A stretch of 64,000 bases of DNA from Octopus vulgaris (lineage: Eukaryota): NCBI GenBank assembly GCA_951406725.2, contig OX597826.1, positions 76,074,001-76,138,000 of the forward strand, read 5' to 3'. Under the pieces are notes generated by a model, which was not told the DNA's origin, searched no databases, and was given only the letters and a program-made list of their open reading frames with translations. Each line of letters starts with the position of its first letter. Position 1 is the first letter of the stretch. Shown here piece after piece: positions 1 to 13,200 of this stretch. Made by a program: the position numbers and the translations under genes.

Positions 1-737
1 CAGCAGTCACAGCCCATGTTTCACTGCCATGTAGCATGGCTGTTCGTACAGATGCGTCATGCAGTCCACCTTTTACTCTGAGCGAGAGGTCCTTTGTCAC
101 CAGCAGAGGTAAGAGCTCTCTGAACTTTGCCCAGGCTATTCTTATTTTAGCAGCTACACTTTCAGCACATCCTCCCCCGCTACTGACTTGGTCACCTAGG
201 TAACGGAAGCTATCAACTACTTCTAGTTTTTCTCCCTGGAATGTGGCAGAAGTTGTTCCCTGCATATTTTCAGTGTTTATTGCTCCTGAGCATCTACCAC
301 ATACAAAAACTATCTTCCTAGTTAGCCATCCTTTGATATTGTTGCACCTCTTATGTGTCCATAGCTTACTCTGGGTACATCTTATAGAGTTTCTACCTAT
401 GCCTCTACTACAGGACTTTGGTTTTAGTTAGGTTGACTCCAAGGCCCTTCGATTCTAATCCTTGTTTCCATACCTGAAACTTCTCCTCTAGTTCTGATAG
501 TGAATCAGCAATTAGAGCAAGGTCATCAGCATAGAGGAGCTCCCAAGGGCATCCTGTCTTGAATTCCTCTGTTATTGCCTAGAACAATGATAAAATAGGA
601 GGGGACTAAGGACTGAACCTTGGTGGACCCCTACCTCTACCTGGAATTCTTCAATGTACTTGTTGCCAACCCTCACATTACTGAGAGCGTCCCTGTACAT
701 GGCTTGCACAGCTCTCACTAACCATTTATCTATCCCT
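1..737 (-). mobile_element. Degenerate RTE LINE RT fragment, same family as 48649-52131
   Basis: Reverse strand encodes WLVRAVQAMYRDA...GVHQGSVLSPLLF...WELLYADDL...SFRYLGDQ with stops and deletions; it runs off the window edge. Confidence 0.9.
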
Positions 738-927
738 ATATATATAAACACATATACATACATATGCCAAGTATGGGGGTTTAGTTCACAGGTGATCTAA
801 ATGACAAGGTGTGCTAGGTGAGTGCTGTATCAGATTACTAGGATTCCAAGGAAGGTTATAGCCGAGATGGTAGTTATGGAGATATTGCAGATTTCCGATA
901 TAGAGGATATATAATTGTTTAAGAGGC

Positions 928-1015
928 CAACAAACGTTAAGGCAAGACAAATATCTCAAGTCATATACAATATTATTTATGACTTGAGATGTTTGCCTTG
1001 TCTTAACGTTTGTTG
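928..1015. repeat. Near-perfect inverted repeat with 38-bp arms and a 12-nt loop
   Basis: caacaaacgttaaggcaagacaaatatctcaagtcata matches the reverse complement of 978-1015 at 35/38 positions. Confidence 0.9.
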
Positions 1016-1568
1016 TCATCATCATCATCGATTAACATCCGTTTTCCATGCTGGCATGGGTTATATATATGTATGTATATATTTATGTGTGTGTGTCTAT
1101 GTTTGTCCCCCCACCCAGCCATCGCTTAACAACTAATGTTGGTGTGTTTACGTCCCTGTAACTTAGCAGTTTGGTAAAAAGAGGCCGATAGGGTAAGTAC
1201 TAGGCTTACAAAGAATAAGTCCTGGGATCGATTTATTTGACTAAAGGCAGTGCTCCAGCATGGCTGCAGTCAAATCATGTAGTCTTGGGTTCAGTCCCAT
1301 TGCATGGCAACTTGAGCAAGTATTTCCCACTATAGCTCAGGGCTGAACAAAGTCTTCTGAGTGGATTTGGTCGAGGGAAACTGAAAGAAGCCCATCACAT
1401 ATAGCCTAGTGGTTGCATGATCTAGTAGTTAAGGGTGTTGCACTCACAATTGCAAGATCACTTTGGCACCTGACATGTGGTGCACTGTGCAAAACCATCT
1501 TTGTCTAACTACAAGAGACTCATGATAGATCGCTAGCCACCACACATTCTTTATTTTCTCTCCTTATT

Positions 1569-1606
1569 TCTTTCTGTGGAAGAGCATAGGCTCGAAACGT
1601 AAAAGA
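1569..1606 (+). ncRNA. Minimal hammerhead-like motif, A6U core variant
   Basis: TCTTT-CTGTGGA-A-GAGC(ATAG)GCTC-GAAA-CG-TA-AAAGA; the element ends in (TA)n about 90 nt downstream. Confidence 0.6.
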
Positions 1607-1688
1607 CTTTTTCACTTCCCCAGCATTATATAATACATCTGTTTGTTGTCTACCCACCTGCCTTCATCTTTTGTTTTTTGTGAATTCT

Positions 1689-1725
<37 letters not shown>

Positions 1726-2077
1726 CATCATCATTTAGCAAGGTGAGAAATATATTATCTTGCTCAGAATCAGGTGAAAGTTGGCAATGGGAAGAACAAC
1801 CAACCACAGAAAAAACCAGCCTCAACAAATTCCATCTGACCCAAAATGCAAATACGGAAAGGCTAACTTTAAATGATGATGATGGCTTATGAAAAGGAAT
1901 AAGCAAAGGGAGACTGACGTATATACCAGAATACACAAAGGGTGGAATGCTAACCAATGGGAATATATGCTGAAGAGCAAAGAAATGAGTCTAAATTTTA
2001 CATTTTCAGGAAAAAAAGAAGGCAGGATATAAGATGGAGAGAAAGAGGAAAGCGAGAGAAATATATTAAAACATCTC

Positions 2078-2240
2078 CGGAGTTGCTGTGTGGTAAGTAG
2101 CTTGCTTACCAACCACATGGTTCTGAGTTCAGTCCCACTGCGTGGCACCTTGGGTTAGTGTCTTCTACTATAAGCCTCATGCCAACCGAAGCCATGTGAA
2201 TGGATTTGGGAAACTGAAAGAAGCCCATTGTATATATATA
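2078..2240 (+). mobile_element. tRNA-derived SINE 5' part (family A)
   Basis: GGAGTTGCTGTGTGGTAAG head and GTTCAGTCCC B-box-like motif; matches the full copy at 57028-57440. Confidence 0.8.
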
Positions 2241-2734
2241 TATAAGACAAGCTCCCAATCCCCTGCCCCCCATCAGCTGAGAAGGGTACAGTATTGAAGG
2301 ATGTGAATGTATGACGGATACAGGAACTGATGCCTTGATGAAGAGGTGAATACACAGCTTCCTTATTTGCAGTATAAAAATATCTCAACTAATGTACAAG
2401 ATTTTGTGCATTTCTGGGCCTTGCAACCCTTAAAACAGAAAAGAAATTGTTACTTATTTCATCAATAAGAAAATAAATGTCATAAATTCATAGAAGAGAG
2501 GGACAATAAAAAGTTATGCCAGATATAGATGCAAAAAGAAAGTCCAACAGACACACGAGACACACATTTGCAAATAATGTGTGCTCAAATAAATAGACAA
2601 ACACCAACATGATTTGGACATATATATATATACAAAACACATGCATATATAGGTGATGCTCCAGCATGGCCGCAGTCAAAAGACTGAAACAAATAAAAGA
2701 ATAAAAGAATATGAAACATGCATGTGCATGTATA

Positions 2735-2931
2735 GACAGACAGACAGACAGATACATACATACATACAAACATACATACATGATACATACACACATACAT
2801 ACAAACACACAAACATACATACATACATACATGCATACATACATACATACGTACATCCATCCATACGTACATACATCGATACATACATACATACATACAT
2901 ACATACATACATACATACATACATACATACA

Positions 2932-2966
<35 letters not shown>

Positions 2967-3012
2967 TTAGATGTACATACATACATACATAGACAGATAG
3001 ACAGATAGATAC
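2735..3012. repeat. (TACA)n/(GACA)n microsatellite
   Basis: Direct reading. Confidence 0.95.
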
Positions 3013-3220
3013 AAGTAAAAGGCAAAATATGGAAAAAGTGAGGCCATACTATTTGGAGTATAGCAAAGACAGCAAGCTGACCGTCAGCAACTAAAATGTG
3101 GACCATTTCCTGCTCTCTCTCTCTCTCTGACATCCAAACAGGCTTTCAAACCCCTCCACCAGCATAAGGGACATTCAGTATCTAGTTAGTGTTTGCCAAG
3201 GGTGAAAATTATCAGATCCA

Positions 3221-3612
3221 GCATACCTACACGATTGGGCCCCCATCGCACCCTGCTGATTTTGTTTCCTCGTAACTTTTAGAAAAATGAATATTATTTA
3301 ATGAAATTTACTATAAATATGTTTTAGATGGTGTAGATTCCGATTATATCGGAATTACTTATGAAACATTTTTTTCTGGGGCTTGGGTGAGAAGTTTCTG
3401 AAAATTCAAGCGTGTCGGTTTTTGTGTTGTGTGTCCGTAGGTACGCGTGCACCTAAAACTTTTTTTTTTTTTTTTTCCATATTAAATTCTAATATAATCG
3501 TAATCTATACACTCTGAAAGGTATGTGTAGAAAATCTCATAAGAAAATATCCATTTTTATGAAAGTCATGAGGAAACGAAGTCGGGGTGGGGCACACTTG
3601 TGTAGTTATGTC
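3221..3612. mobile_element. Palindromic MITE with about 130-bp imperfect terminal inverted repeats
   Basis: catacctacacg...gtttcctcgtaactttt...gtgtagattccgattatatcggaatt is mirrored by aattctaatataatcgtaatctatac...aaagtcatgaggaaac...gtgtagttatg. A related one-ended copy lies at about 55642-55760. Confidence 0.7.
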
Positions 3613-3729
3613 ATCAGAGCTATGGATTGCTCTTAAATTTGAGAGCAGGGAACAAGTCAATTACATCAAACCCCCTAACACTTATCTAGTAAGTTTGTTC
3701 TTTCTTCTTCTTCTTTTTAACAAACCATG

Positions 3730-3985
3730 AAGGTGTGTGGCTTAGTGGTTAGGGTAACGGCCCATGACGGAAAGGTCATGAATTCGATTCCCGGTAGAGG
3801 TGTACCTGTATTTCAAAGGGCCAGCCCCTGTCTAATTCCGGGTCACGCTGAATCTCCCTGAGAACTACGTTAAGGGTACGTGTGTCTGTAGAAATCTCAG
3901 CCACTTGCATGATAATTTCACAAGCAGACTGTTCCGTTGATCGGATCAAATGGAACCCTCGTCGATGTAACCGACGACCTGCCAG
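3730..3985 (+). mobile_element. tRNA-derived SINE
   Basis: A box TGGCTTAGTGG and B box ATTCGATTCC; the body matches a minus-strand copy at about 46288-46575. Confidence 0.75.
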
Positions 3986-4362
3986 TTTTTAACGAACCTG
4001 AGAGGATAAAAACCTAAGTCGACGTCAGCAGAATTTAAACTCAGGATCTATTTTTTAAGTTACCATATTTTAATTACTGAGATTTTCATAAAATTTTCTA
4101 CTCATTCTGTTTATTTACCAAATTTTAAACCTGTCTTTTGTACGATGTCTTTGCCCATCCCTCCATTTCAGTAATAGCTTTTTTTGCTGTTTATTTTTGG
4201 GGTGGGGGATTAACATTCCTTGTATTTGTACGTATTGCGCCCTTGTGACTAATAAAAAACAAACAGTTATTATTCGCCGAGGTTGAACTTTGCTTTTAAT
4301 TCTTTCGGAGTCAATGAAAATAAGTACCAACTAAATATTGGGGTCGCTGGAGTCAAATAGAC

Positions 4363-4509
4363 CAGTGGTTTCCAACCTGTGGACCGCAAAGGTAGTACTG
4401 GTGGCCCGTGAACTTGTCAGGCTGACAGACCTTTCAATATCCTGGGTTCCGTGGGAAAACTTTTTTAAATAAAAGGCGTCCTTGGTGGGAAAAAAGTTGA
4501 GAACCACTG
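4363..4509. mobile_element. hAT (Charlie-like) MITE nested in a SINE
   Basis: TIRs CAGTGGTTTCCAAC / GTTGAGAACCACTG; degenerate 8-bp flanks aaatagac / aactcgag. Confidence 0.7.
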
Positions 4510-4580
4510 AACTCGAGTTTTCCCACAAAGTTTCAAACTTTGTGCCGGGTTGTGCAAGGGAGAATTATTAATATTATTAT

Positions 4581-4792
4581 TAAGATGGTAGGCTGGTAAG
4601 GCCGTTAGCACGCCAGACAAAATGCCCAGTGATATTTCGTCCATTTGGACGTTCTGAGTTCAAATTTCGCCGAGGTCGACTTTTCCTTTCATCCTTCCGG
4701 GGTCGATAAAATAAGTACCAGTCAAGCTCTAAGGTTGATGTAATCGATTTTACCGCTCCCCTAAATTGCTGGCCTTGTGTCAAAATTTGAAA
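4581..4792 (+). mobile_element. SINE family B
   Basis: GTTCTGAGTTCAAATTTCGCCGAGGTCGACTTT...GGGGTCGATAAAATAAGTACCAG core shared with more than 10 copies in the window. Confidence 0.8.
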
Positions 4793-4944
4793 CTATTTGC
4801 AGGTTTCTCTTTATGCCTTTATTCGCTTTTGCACTTGAAAAGGAATGATATATCAGGAGTTTTAATAAATGATTAACGCTGGTTGAAGTTACACCCACCT
4901 CACTGACAATGACAAACTATGGCTTAAAACGGCAACACGTATAT

Positions 4945-5015
4945 ATGTATATGTGTATGTGCACGTGTGTGTATGTGTGTGTGTGTATGTATGTGTGTGT
5001 GTGCGTGTGTATATA

Positions 5016-5112
<97 letters not shown>

Positions 5113-5890
5113 CACTAAAAGGTTAACCTTGTTAAATACAGAGAAAGCAGAATCAAGAGGAATTAAAGACGCAATTAAATACTATTTAGTAATTAACTTA
5201 CATATATAAAAGAAAAATAAAAGAATGTATGTATGTATGTACGTATGTATGTATGTATATGTGTGTAAGTATGTATGTATGTATGTATGTATGTATGTAT
5301 GATGTATGTATGTATGTATGTATGTATGTATGTATGTATGTATGTATGTATGTATGTATGTATGTATGTATGTATGTATGTATGTATGTATGTATGTATT
5401 CATATATGTATGTATGTATGTATTTATGTATGCATGTATGCATGTATGTATGTATGTATGTATGTATGTATGTATGTATGTATGTATGTATGTATGCATG
5501 CATGCATGTATTATGTATGTATGTATGTATGTACGTACATATGTATGTATGTATGTATGTACGTACATATGTATGTATGTATGTATGTATGTATTTATGT
5601 ATGTATATATGTGTGTGTATGTATGTATGTATGTATGTATGTACGTACGTACGTATGTATGTATGTTTGTATGTATGTATGTATGTACGTACATATGTAT
5701 GTATGTATGTATGTATATCTGTGTATGTATGTATGTGTGTGTATGCATGTATGTATGTATGTATATATGTGTGTGTATGTATGTATGTATGTATGTACGT
5801 ACATATGTATGTATGTATGTATGTATGTATATCTGTGTGTGTATGTATGTGTGTGTGTGTGTATGTATGTTTGTATGTATGTATGTATGT
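4945..5890. repeat. (TG)n/(TA)n plus a long (TATG)n microsatellite
   Basis: Direct reading; explains the MYVC/HTYI ORFs. Confidence 0.97.
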
Positions 5891-6115
5891 TAATCGAAGT
5901 GGACAGTATTTCATATCCGTTACGACGGATCTTAGCAATCTGTTCCGCACCAGGGGTTCAACGGGGTGTTAGGTAACAGCCTGAGGGCGCAGGGTTAAAT
6001 AATAGGGCTGTTAAACCCTTAGACGATACATAGATTGATAGATAGAGACAGACAGATAGATAGGTGTGTGTGTGCGAGTGTGTGTGTAGGGTTATAAGTA
6101 TAGTTTTATTTTAAT

Positions 6116-6218
6116 TCTTGGTCTGAGGAATTTCTCATATGAGATGTTTCTACATGTTTCCTACATGTATACCCATGTAACTCCTATCAGTAACGAAACA
6201 TATGTAATAGGGAATAAA
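6116..6218 (+). ncRNA. Degenerate hammerhead-like motif with long stem II, followed by AATAAA
   Basis: CTGAGGA at 6123-6129, GAAA-CATATG-TA at 6195-6206 (palindrome ACATATGT), AATAAA at 6213-6218. Stems I and II are eroded. Confidence 0.45.
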
Positions 6219-6266
6219 TAATGTCAAACATTTTTTTTCCCGTTTTCTATTTTGATATATGTGTGC

Positions 6267-6312
<46 letters not shown>

Positions 6313-6340
6313 CCTGTTTTTTTGTTTTTTTTCTGTGTCC

Positions 6341-6376
6341 CTTTCTGTAGAAGAGCGTAGGCTCGAAACGTAAAAG
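6341..6376 (+). ncRNA. Minimal hammerhead-like motif, A6U core variant
   Basis: CTTT-CTGTAGA-A-GAGC(GTAG)GCTC-GAAA-CG-TA-AAAG; the element (about 6309-6468) is flanked by (TA)n on both sides. Confidence 0.6.
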
Positions 6377-6464
6377 ACTTTTTCTATTCCTGAGTGTTAT
6401 ACTAATACATCTGTTTGTTTTCTACACCACCTGTCTTCGTCTTTTGTTTCTGTTCGTAAACTCT

Positions 6465-6506
<42 letters not shown>

Positions 6507-7659
6507 CAGGTAAAAAAAAGGTTCGCTTAGCAGTTACGTAATTTCTGATTCAGTATCATTGAATGTCACTTTGGGGAAAAGTTCTAAATATCTGATTAGA
6601 TGAATGTTTCTTACGTGACCAAGAAACATTAAGTCGTAAGGAACTGAGTCAAACTATTAAGGTGTGTCTATGTGTGTGTGTGTGTGTGTGTGTGTATACA
6701 CATACATACATACATGTATATATATTCACACACATATATATATATAAGGTAGCTATATATGGTGCTATTAAGTTAGACATGGCCTGGGCCAATAATGGCC
6801 GAAACCTATCAAAGAATCAAAGTATAGATACATATGTGTGTATACATATGTGTGTGTATGTGTGTATGTGTGTGTGTGTGTATGTGTGTACGCACACATA
6901 GTATGTGAGTTTGTAAGTGTATCATTCCGCGTGTTTAATGCGAAAGAAATCGATGACAGTGAATGCCAAGGAATGTCACTGAAATTTGTGGTTTCCCGTT
7001 TCACTTATTTATTATTTTTTTCAGCTTTTTATTTATTTTTTTTTTGACTGCTCTAATGAACCAATCTAATTTCTGCTTCTTTAAGATAATCGACGCAACG
7101 GAGAAAACACTTTGATGATATTCACACACGCACACACACACACACATGCACACACACACACGCATGCATACAGGTAGGTAAAGTTGATAAAATGATGTTG
7201 ATCATGATGATTATGTTGATGATGGCAATTATAAAAGGCCATAATTAATCCGTAGTTTAAATATCAAAGTGGGGGAAATGTTCTAAAGATTTGTGGGTAG
7301 TGCATGTATGTGTATGTATGTGTGTGTCTGTATGTGTATGTATGTGTGCATATATCTTTCACGTAATTCAGGTGTCATAAACCCTTAAGTAGAATTTGTT
7401 TTTAAGAGAGGTGTATGTATGTATGTATGTATGTATGTATGTATGTCTAAGTGCGTGTGTGTATGTATAGGCATGTATACAAGTATGTGCATGTATATGT
7501 ATGTACATATGTGTGTTTGTGTGTGTATATATATATATATATATACACACACACATATATATATATATATACAGGTGTGTTTTATATAAAAATTGACAAC
7601 TTGTTTAGAGGACGTGATGATAGTGTGTAAGGAAGTTTAAGAGAATTATTTTCACTCAC

Positions 7660-7995
7660 ATCTGAGGGTTTGAAGTCATAGCATTCGGCAATTTTGGCGT
7701 AGAGTTCTTTAACATTGGTAAATCCCGATATGATTCCGACAGGGCTGCCGTGTGCTTGTTGACATTGGAAGGAAAGTTTCGGTCTTGGAGGCGCCTTGGG
7801 CGATGAAGGCGGCTGAGGCCTGGCGTGAGTTTGTTCAGGTACGCCATTTTTACTTCTCTCGTTACCTGCTGTCGTCGGCGGTTGCATAGCATCTCTGTTG
7901 TATGGTGGTGGATTACTCTGAGCCGACGTCGCGTTTACATAGGACGGCGGTTCAGTACTAACATCCTTTTTAGCTTTCTTCCCAAATAACGGCAT
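7660..7995 (-). CDS. GIPC1: GIPC-family PDZ domain protein, first coding exon (112 codons, phase 0); remaining exons not found in the window
   Basis: MPLFGKK...[35 protein letters not shown] matches the GIPC GH1 N-terminus (compare [19 protein letters not shown]); GTGAGT donor at 7659-7654. Confidence 0.9.
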
Positions 7996-8230
7996 GATTT
8001 AACAGCTAGTAAGAATGTACACGATTTACCTTCACCGTCGCGCTGGCTTCTTTTTCTACCCCGTCCAACTTAGCAGTATGTGTGGCCCGCTACTGAGCGC
8101 CTGACACAGTGTGAATAATAACCAACAAAGGTTGACTACAACAGGAAGATAAGTAGTTTGGTCAACATAGTTTTAGTCAAGCAGGCAGGTGCGAGGCGAG
8201 GCTCGTATGGAGATTAATCTGAACTCCCAC
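7996..8230 (-). promoter_or_regulatory. Probable 5' UTR/promoter of the GIPC gene
   Basis: Unique, relatively CpG-rich sequence directly upstream of the ATG and bounded by microsatellites; TSS not determinable. Confidence 0.4.
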
Positions 8231-8314
8231 TTACAGCTCTACATATTATATATATATAAGAAATACTTTTATTTTTCACCTTTAATACACTACCATTCAT
8301 ACATAGATAATGTA

Positions 8315-8338
8315 CGTATATGTGTGTATGTATGTATG

Positions 8339-8369
<31 letters not shown>

Positions 8370-8392
8370 ATATGTGTATGTGTGTGTGTATG

Positions 8393-8433
<41 letters not shown>

Positions 8434-8675
8434 CTATGTGAGTATATATATATATGTTACATGTATACCTGTATGTGTGTATATATAAATATATATTTAA
8501 CTTTGTGCGTATGTATATATTACATATGTATGCCTGTATGTATGTGTGTATGTGTATATAATATATATATATATATATTACATGTATACCTGTATGTATG
8601 TATATATAAATATATATTTAACTTTGTGCGTATGTATATATTACATATGTATGCTTGTATGTATGTGTGTATGTG

Positions 8676-8725
<50 letters not shown>

Positions 8726-8765
8726 TACATATGTATATCTGTGTGTGTGTGTGTGTGTGTGTATA
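8315..8765. repeat. TA/TG microsatellite containing a tandem duplication of about 120 bp
   Basis: ttacatgtatacctgtatg...tttaactttgtgcgtatg occurs twice (about 8457 and 8578). Confidence 0.9.
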
Positions 8766-9169
8766 GACAGCAATCTGTTAATCTATATCTCTGCCCTAAT
8801 TTTCTTTCCGTTTTTAAACGTTTGAGGAAGTGGATTATTATATAACGCATCATCGCAAATATAATAATAGTAGATAAATCAATAAATAATCTTTCTTTTC
8901 TCTCATCGACTTCTTTCCTTATAATAAAAAGTTTTAGTTATTACCAATTCCCCCACCCCTCACCCCCTCCCTGTACAGAAATTGCAAAATTTTATCATTT
9001 TACTATTCTAATCTAATCCAGTCGGTGGTTGTTGTGAGAGAGTCTAAACTTGCCGAGATTTACTAAGCTGACTTTTAAGGTCTTAGGGGCTTACTCTTGC
9101 CCTCTCTGACATGGAACTAATTGGGATCCGCCCCACCTTGGTTTGGCAGGGTGTTACCTTGTATTCATA

Positions 9170-9704
<535 letters not shown>

Positions 9705-11084
9705 CTATATAGCTATTCAATGAATTGAATTCACATTTTTTGTTAGTATTTTTATTATTCCTGTTCAGTTTATTTCGACCACAGAAATTACGACTTTTAA
9801 ACAAGCATCGGGGGGAAAATAAAAACCTACCTGAGACAGGTAATAATATAGTTTACGTGAGTTAAATGCATTAATAAAATTAATAAGATGAAGTTTAGTT
9901 TAAATAAACAAAGTTTTTATGATTGTATACATTACAGATCGAATGTTTACTTATACGTAAGTGTCTTACTGATCAGATTGTTCTGATTTTCTTGCGTGAC
10001 CTTTTTTTTTATTGATTATTCGTTGTAATTATTTATTTTGATAACAAGGATACAGTTAGTGATGGTCGTGGCAGGAAGCACTTTTGATCATATATCTGTT
10101 CGGTAAAACTGATCTGGAGCAGATAATGACACTTTATTTTATGTCTATTTCATCCGGAGCGAATAATCAATATAAAATGTCACACGTTTAGTCTCGCTAC
10201 AGACGCAAAAGACAACAAACTTTGCGATCATTGCTGTATTATTTATGTACATAATCGATCTATACGTCGATGCCATGTAACTTTTATTTAAACAACAAAG
10301 TAGTTGAAGGTCCTAGAAAAAAAATCAAAATCGATTATTGAACACCAGGAACTTATACAATAGAAGAATAGCAACAACAATATATATATATATATATATA
10401 TTGATATTTGTATGAGGCTCTATATAGGGCACAATGTATAGCCAATGTCTAGAACTCCACGCGTTCCTTTATAATTGGAAAGATCCTTCCTTAAAGTGAC
10501 ATCAATATATGTTTTGGAATAACTTGTATTTATCCATCGATATTCTGAGCACGAAGTATTGGAGATAAGGTTTTAATCTATTTAATACCTACTTTTTGTT
10601 AATGAAAATATCTGTTATCTTACGAGCAGGCTACATCGTCAAATCATCAGAGTTTTTATAACAAACGAAAAATTAGCCTTATGACACATCACAGCATTGT
10701 GACAGGTGCAACATTTCTGCCCAGCAGAATCTTGATTTCTTGACAGAAATAGATTCTTTTGAAATGATGTGTCAGTCAAATTGTTTTCAAAATGCCAGAA
10801 GGTTAATTTTCCATTTGTAATACAAACTCTGAGGATTAGGTAATGCAATCTGATTGTAATGTAATGCCTTACATAACAGAAATTTTCATTAATGAAACTC
10901 ATGTCAGAATGTATTGAATGAATATATAATCTTATCTCCAAACTCTCTCTCTCTTACACACACACACTCACACACACACAAAAGACCAAGATGCCTGGTG
11001 CCTTGCCAAACTCAAGAAGACCTATACTCTGCAGTAGAAGTGTTAAGACTGGTCCTCCTGGTAGTGAGAATTGATCTGCTAGAG

Positions 11085-11640
11085 TCAAGTGCCGGTGCTA
11101 TGAAAAAGCACCCGTACAGTGCCATGTGAAAGCACCTACCACATTCTGTAAAGTGGTTGGCATTAGGAAGGGCATCCAACAATAGAAACCATGCCAAATC
11201 ACCAGGGCCTGGCACAGCTCTCCAGCCTTGACAGCCCTAGTCAAACCATCCAACCCATGCCAGTATGGACAACAGATGTTAAATAATGATGGTGATGATA
11301 ACATGACAGATCTTTTGAATTGTAAAGAAACACACAGAATTATAAATATATACCACACTGCACGAATATAATGTAAGTATTGAAAAGAAGGTCTCTGACA
11401 TCAAGGTATTTTACATGAACGATGAAAGAGAACTTGGACATCATCATCATTTAATGTCCACATTCTATGCTGGCGTGGATTAGATGGTTTGGTTGGAACT
11501 GGTAAACCAGAGAACTGTGCCAGGACCCTGTCTGATTTGGCTTGGTTTCTATGGCTGCATGCCCTTCCTAATGGCAACCACTTTACAGTGTGTGCTGGAA
11601 TCTTTAACATGACACTGTTCGGGTGCTTTTATGTGGTGCC
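11085..11640. mobile_element. Two RTE 3'-UTR-derived repeats in opposite orientation
   Basis: GGCATTAGGAAGGGCATCC...CCATCCAACCCATGC...(GAT)n on + and the reverse complement on -. Confidence 0.75.
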
Positions 11641-12629
11641 TCTCTAAGGAATATTCCTACGCCTTCCAATAACCAGTATCTAGAAATCCTAATGCAAAAA
11701 AAAAAAATGAGCCAATTTAAAAACAGGATTAGGTGCTGAGCATTCAACTATGATGTCATCATCATCATCATCATCACCATTTTATATTCTCTTTTACGTG
11801 TTTGCAATGGTTATACAATATCTTGGAGCAGATTTTTTTTTTTTTTGCAGCTAAATGCCATTCCTGAGGTCAACCCTCATCTGTTTCCAAGTGGGGTAAT
11901 TATCCCCATTCTATGAAACAGGGGTTATCTTGGACATCCTTTCACAGAGAATTGCAAACAGGCAACACCTTTTGTAAGGATTCTCTCAGGTAAACCAAGT
12001 TTCAAAAACCCTCGTGCTCCATAACTTTTATTTTTAAAATACACATTCCAATGGGATACACTTAACATTACCTTATCTCGAGAAAGAAACCTCAGTTTTT
12101 GTTTGTTGTAAATGCTGTGTCACTTGTGTCTCCAATGGCTTACTCATGAACATTCTACATTTTAGTAATGTTCCCCCCACCACCACACACACACACATTT
12201 AGACAGTCCAAGAGCAGACGCTTGTGTTGTTCGACCGGGACATCAAACCTGACAGACAGGAATCACTGCCTGATGCCATCATAGTTCGAGAGTTTTCTTT
12301 ATATCACATTTCACTTCACTAAGTCCATCTCATTCAGAACAACACTGTCAGTAATATTCTAAAACTGATACGGTTGATTAATGAGTGCTATAATCTCATT
12401 AATAGATCAGCTGTCAGCCATCCTGATTGTGTCATCACTGACCAACTAAAGTTTCTTGTTTCGCCGCAATCATTTCATTCTAGCATCTTAACCAGGACTT
12501 CCGCTGGTGGACTTACAGCGTGCTCTCGCTTGTTCTTTGATGAATGTAAGTCAGACTTAGTAGAGCAAATTACATCTTTCTTCCCATTTTCTGGACTGCT
12601 AGTCAGTCCAACAAACTAGTGCCATGAAA

Positions 12630-13200
12630 ATAATTTTTTCTACTCTAGGCACAAGGCCCGAAATTTTTGAGGAGGGAGCCAGTCGATTAGATCGATCCCA
12701 GTATGCAACTGGTACTTACTTTATCGACCCCCAAAAGGATGACAGGCAAAGTCGACCTCGGCAGAATTTGAACACAGATCATAAAGACAGATGAAATACC
12801 TATTTCTTTACTGCCCACAAGGGGCTAAACACAGAGAGGACAAACAAGGACAGACAAAGGGATTAAGTCGATTATATCGACCCCAGTGCGTAACTGGTAC
12901 TTAATTTATCGACCCTGAAAGGATGAAAGGCAAAGTCGACCTCGGTGGAATTTGAACTCATTGCCTTTGATATGTGAAAATTCTTTTCTACTCTAGGCTC
13001 AAGGCCCGAAATTTTTGGAGAGGGGGCCACTTGATTAGATCAACCCCAGTATGCAACTGATACTTAATTTATTGACCCCAAAAGGACAAAAAGCAAAGCT
13101 AACTTCGGCAGAATTTGAACTCAGAACATAAAGACGCATGAAACACCACTGAGCATTTCGCCCGGATTGCTAACGTTTCTGCCAGCTTACCACCTTAGTA
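12630..13200 (-). mobile_element. Cluster of SINE family B copies, one dimeric
   Basis: Repeated GGATGAAAGGCAAAGTCGACCTCGG...ATTTGAAC. Confidence 0.8.

Noticed and set aside
6945-6996. CGATGA-CAGTGA...TCACT-GAAA motif
   Set aside because: Core is incomplete and there is no clear stem III or UH site.
12180-12625. Unique non-repetitive block (similar ones at 16030-16160, 16870-17150 and 24760-24990) with E-box and TGACAG motifs
   Set aside because: Could be enhancers or exons, but there is no recognisable protein or structure, and short motifs alone are not evidence.
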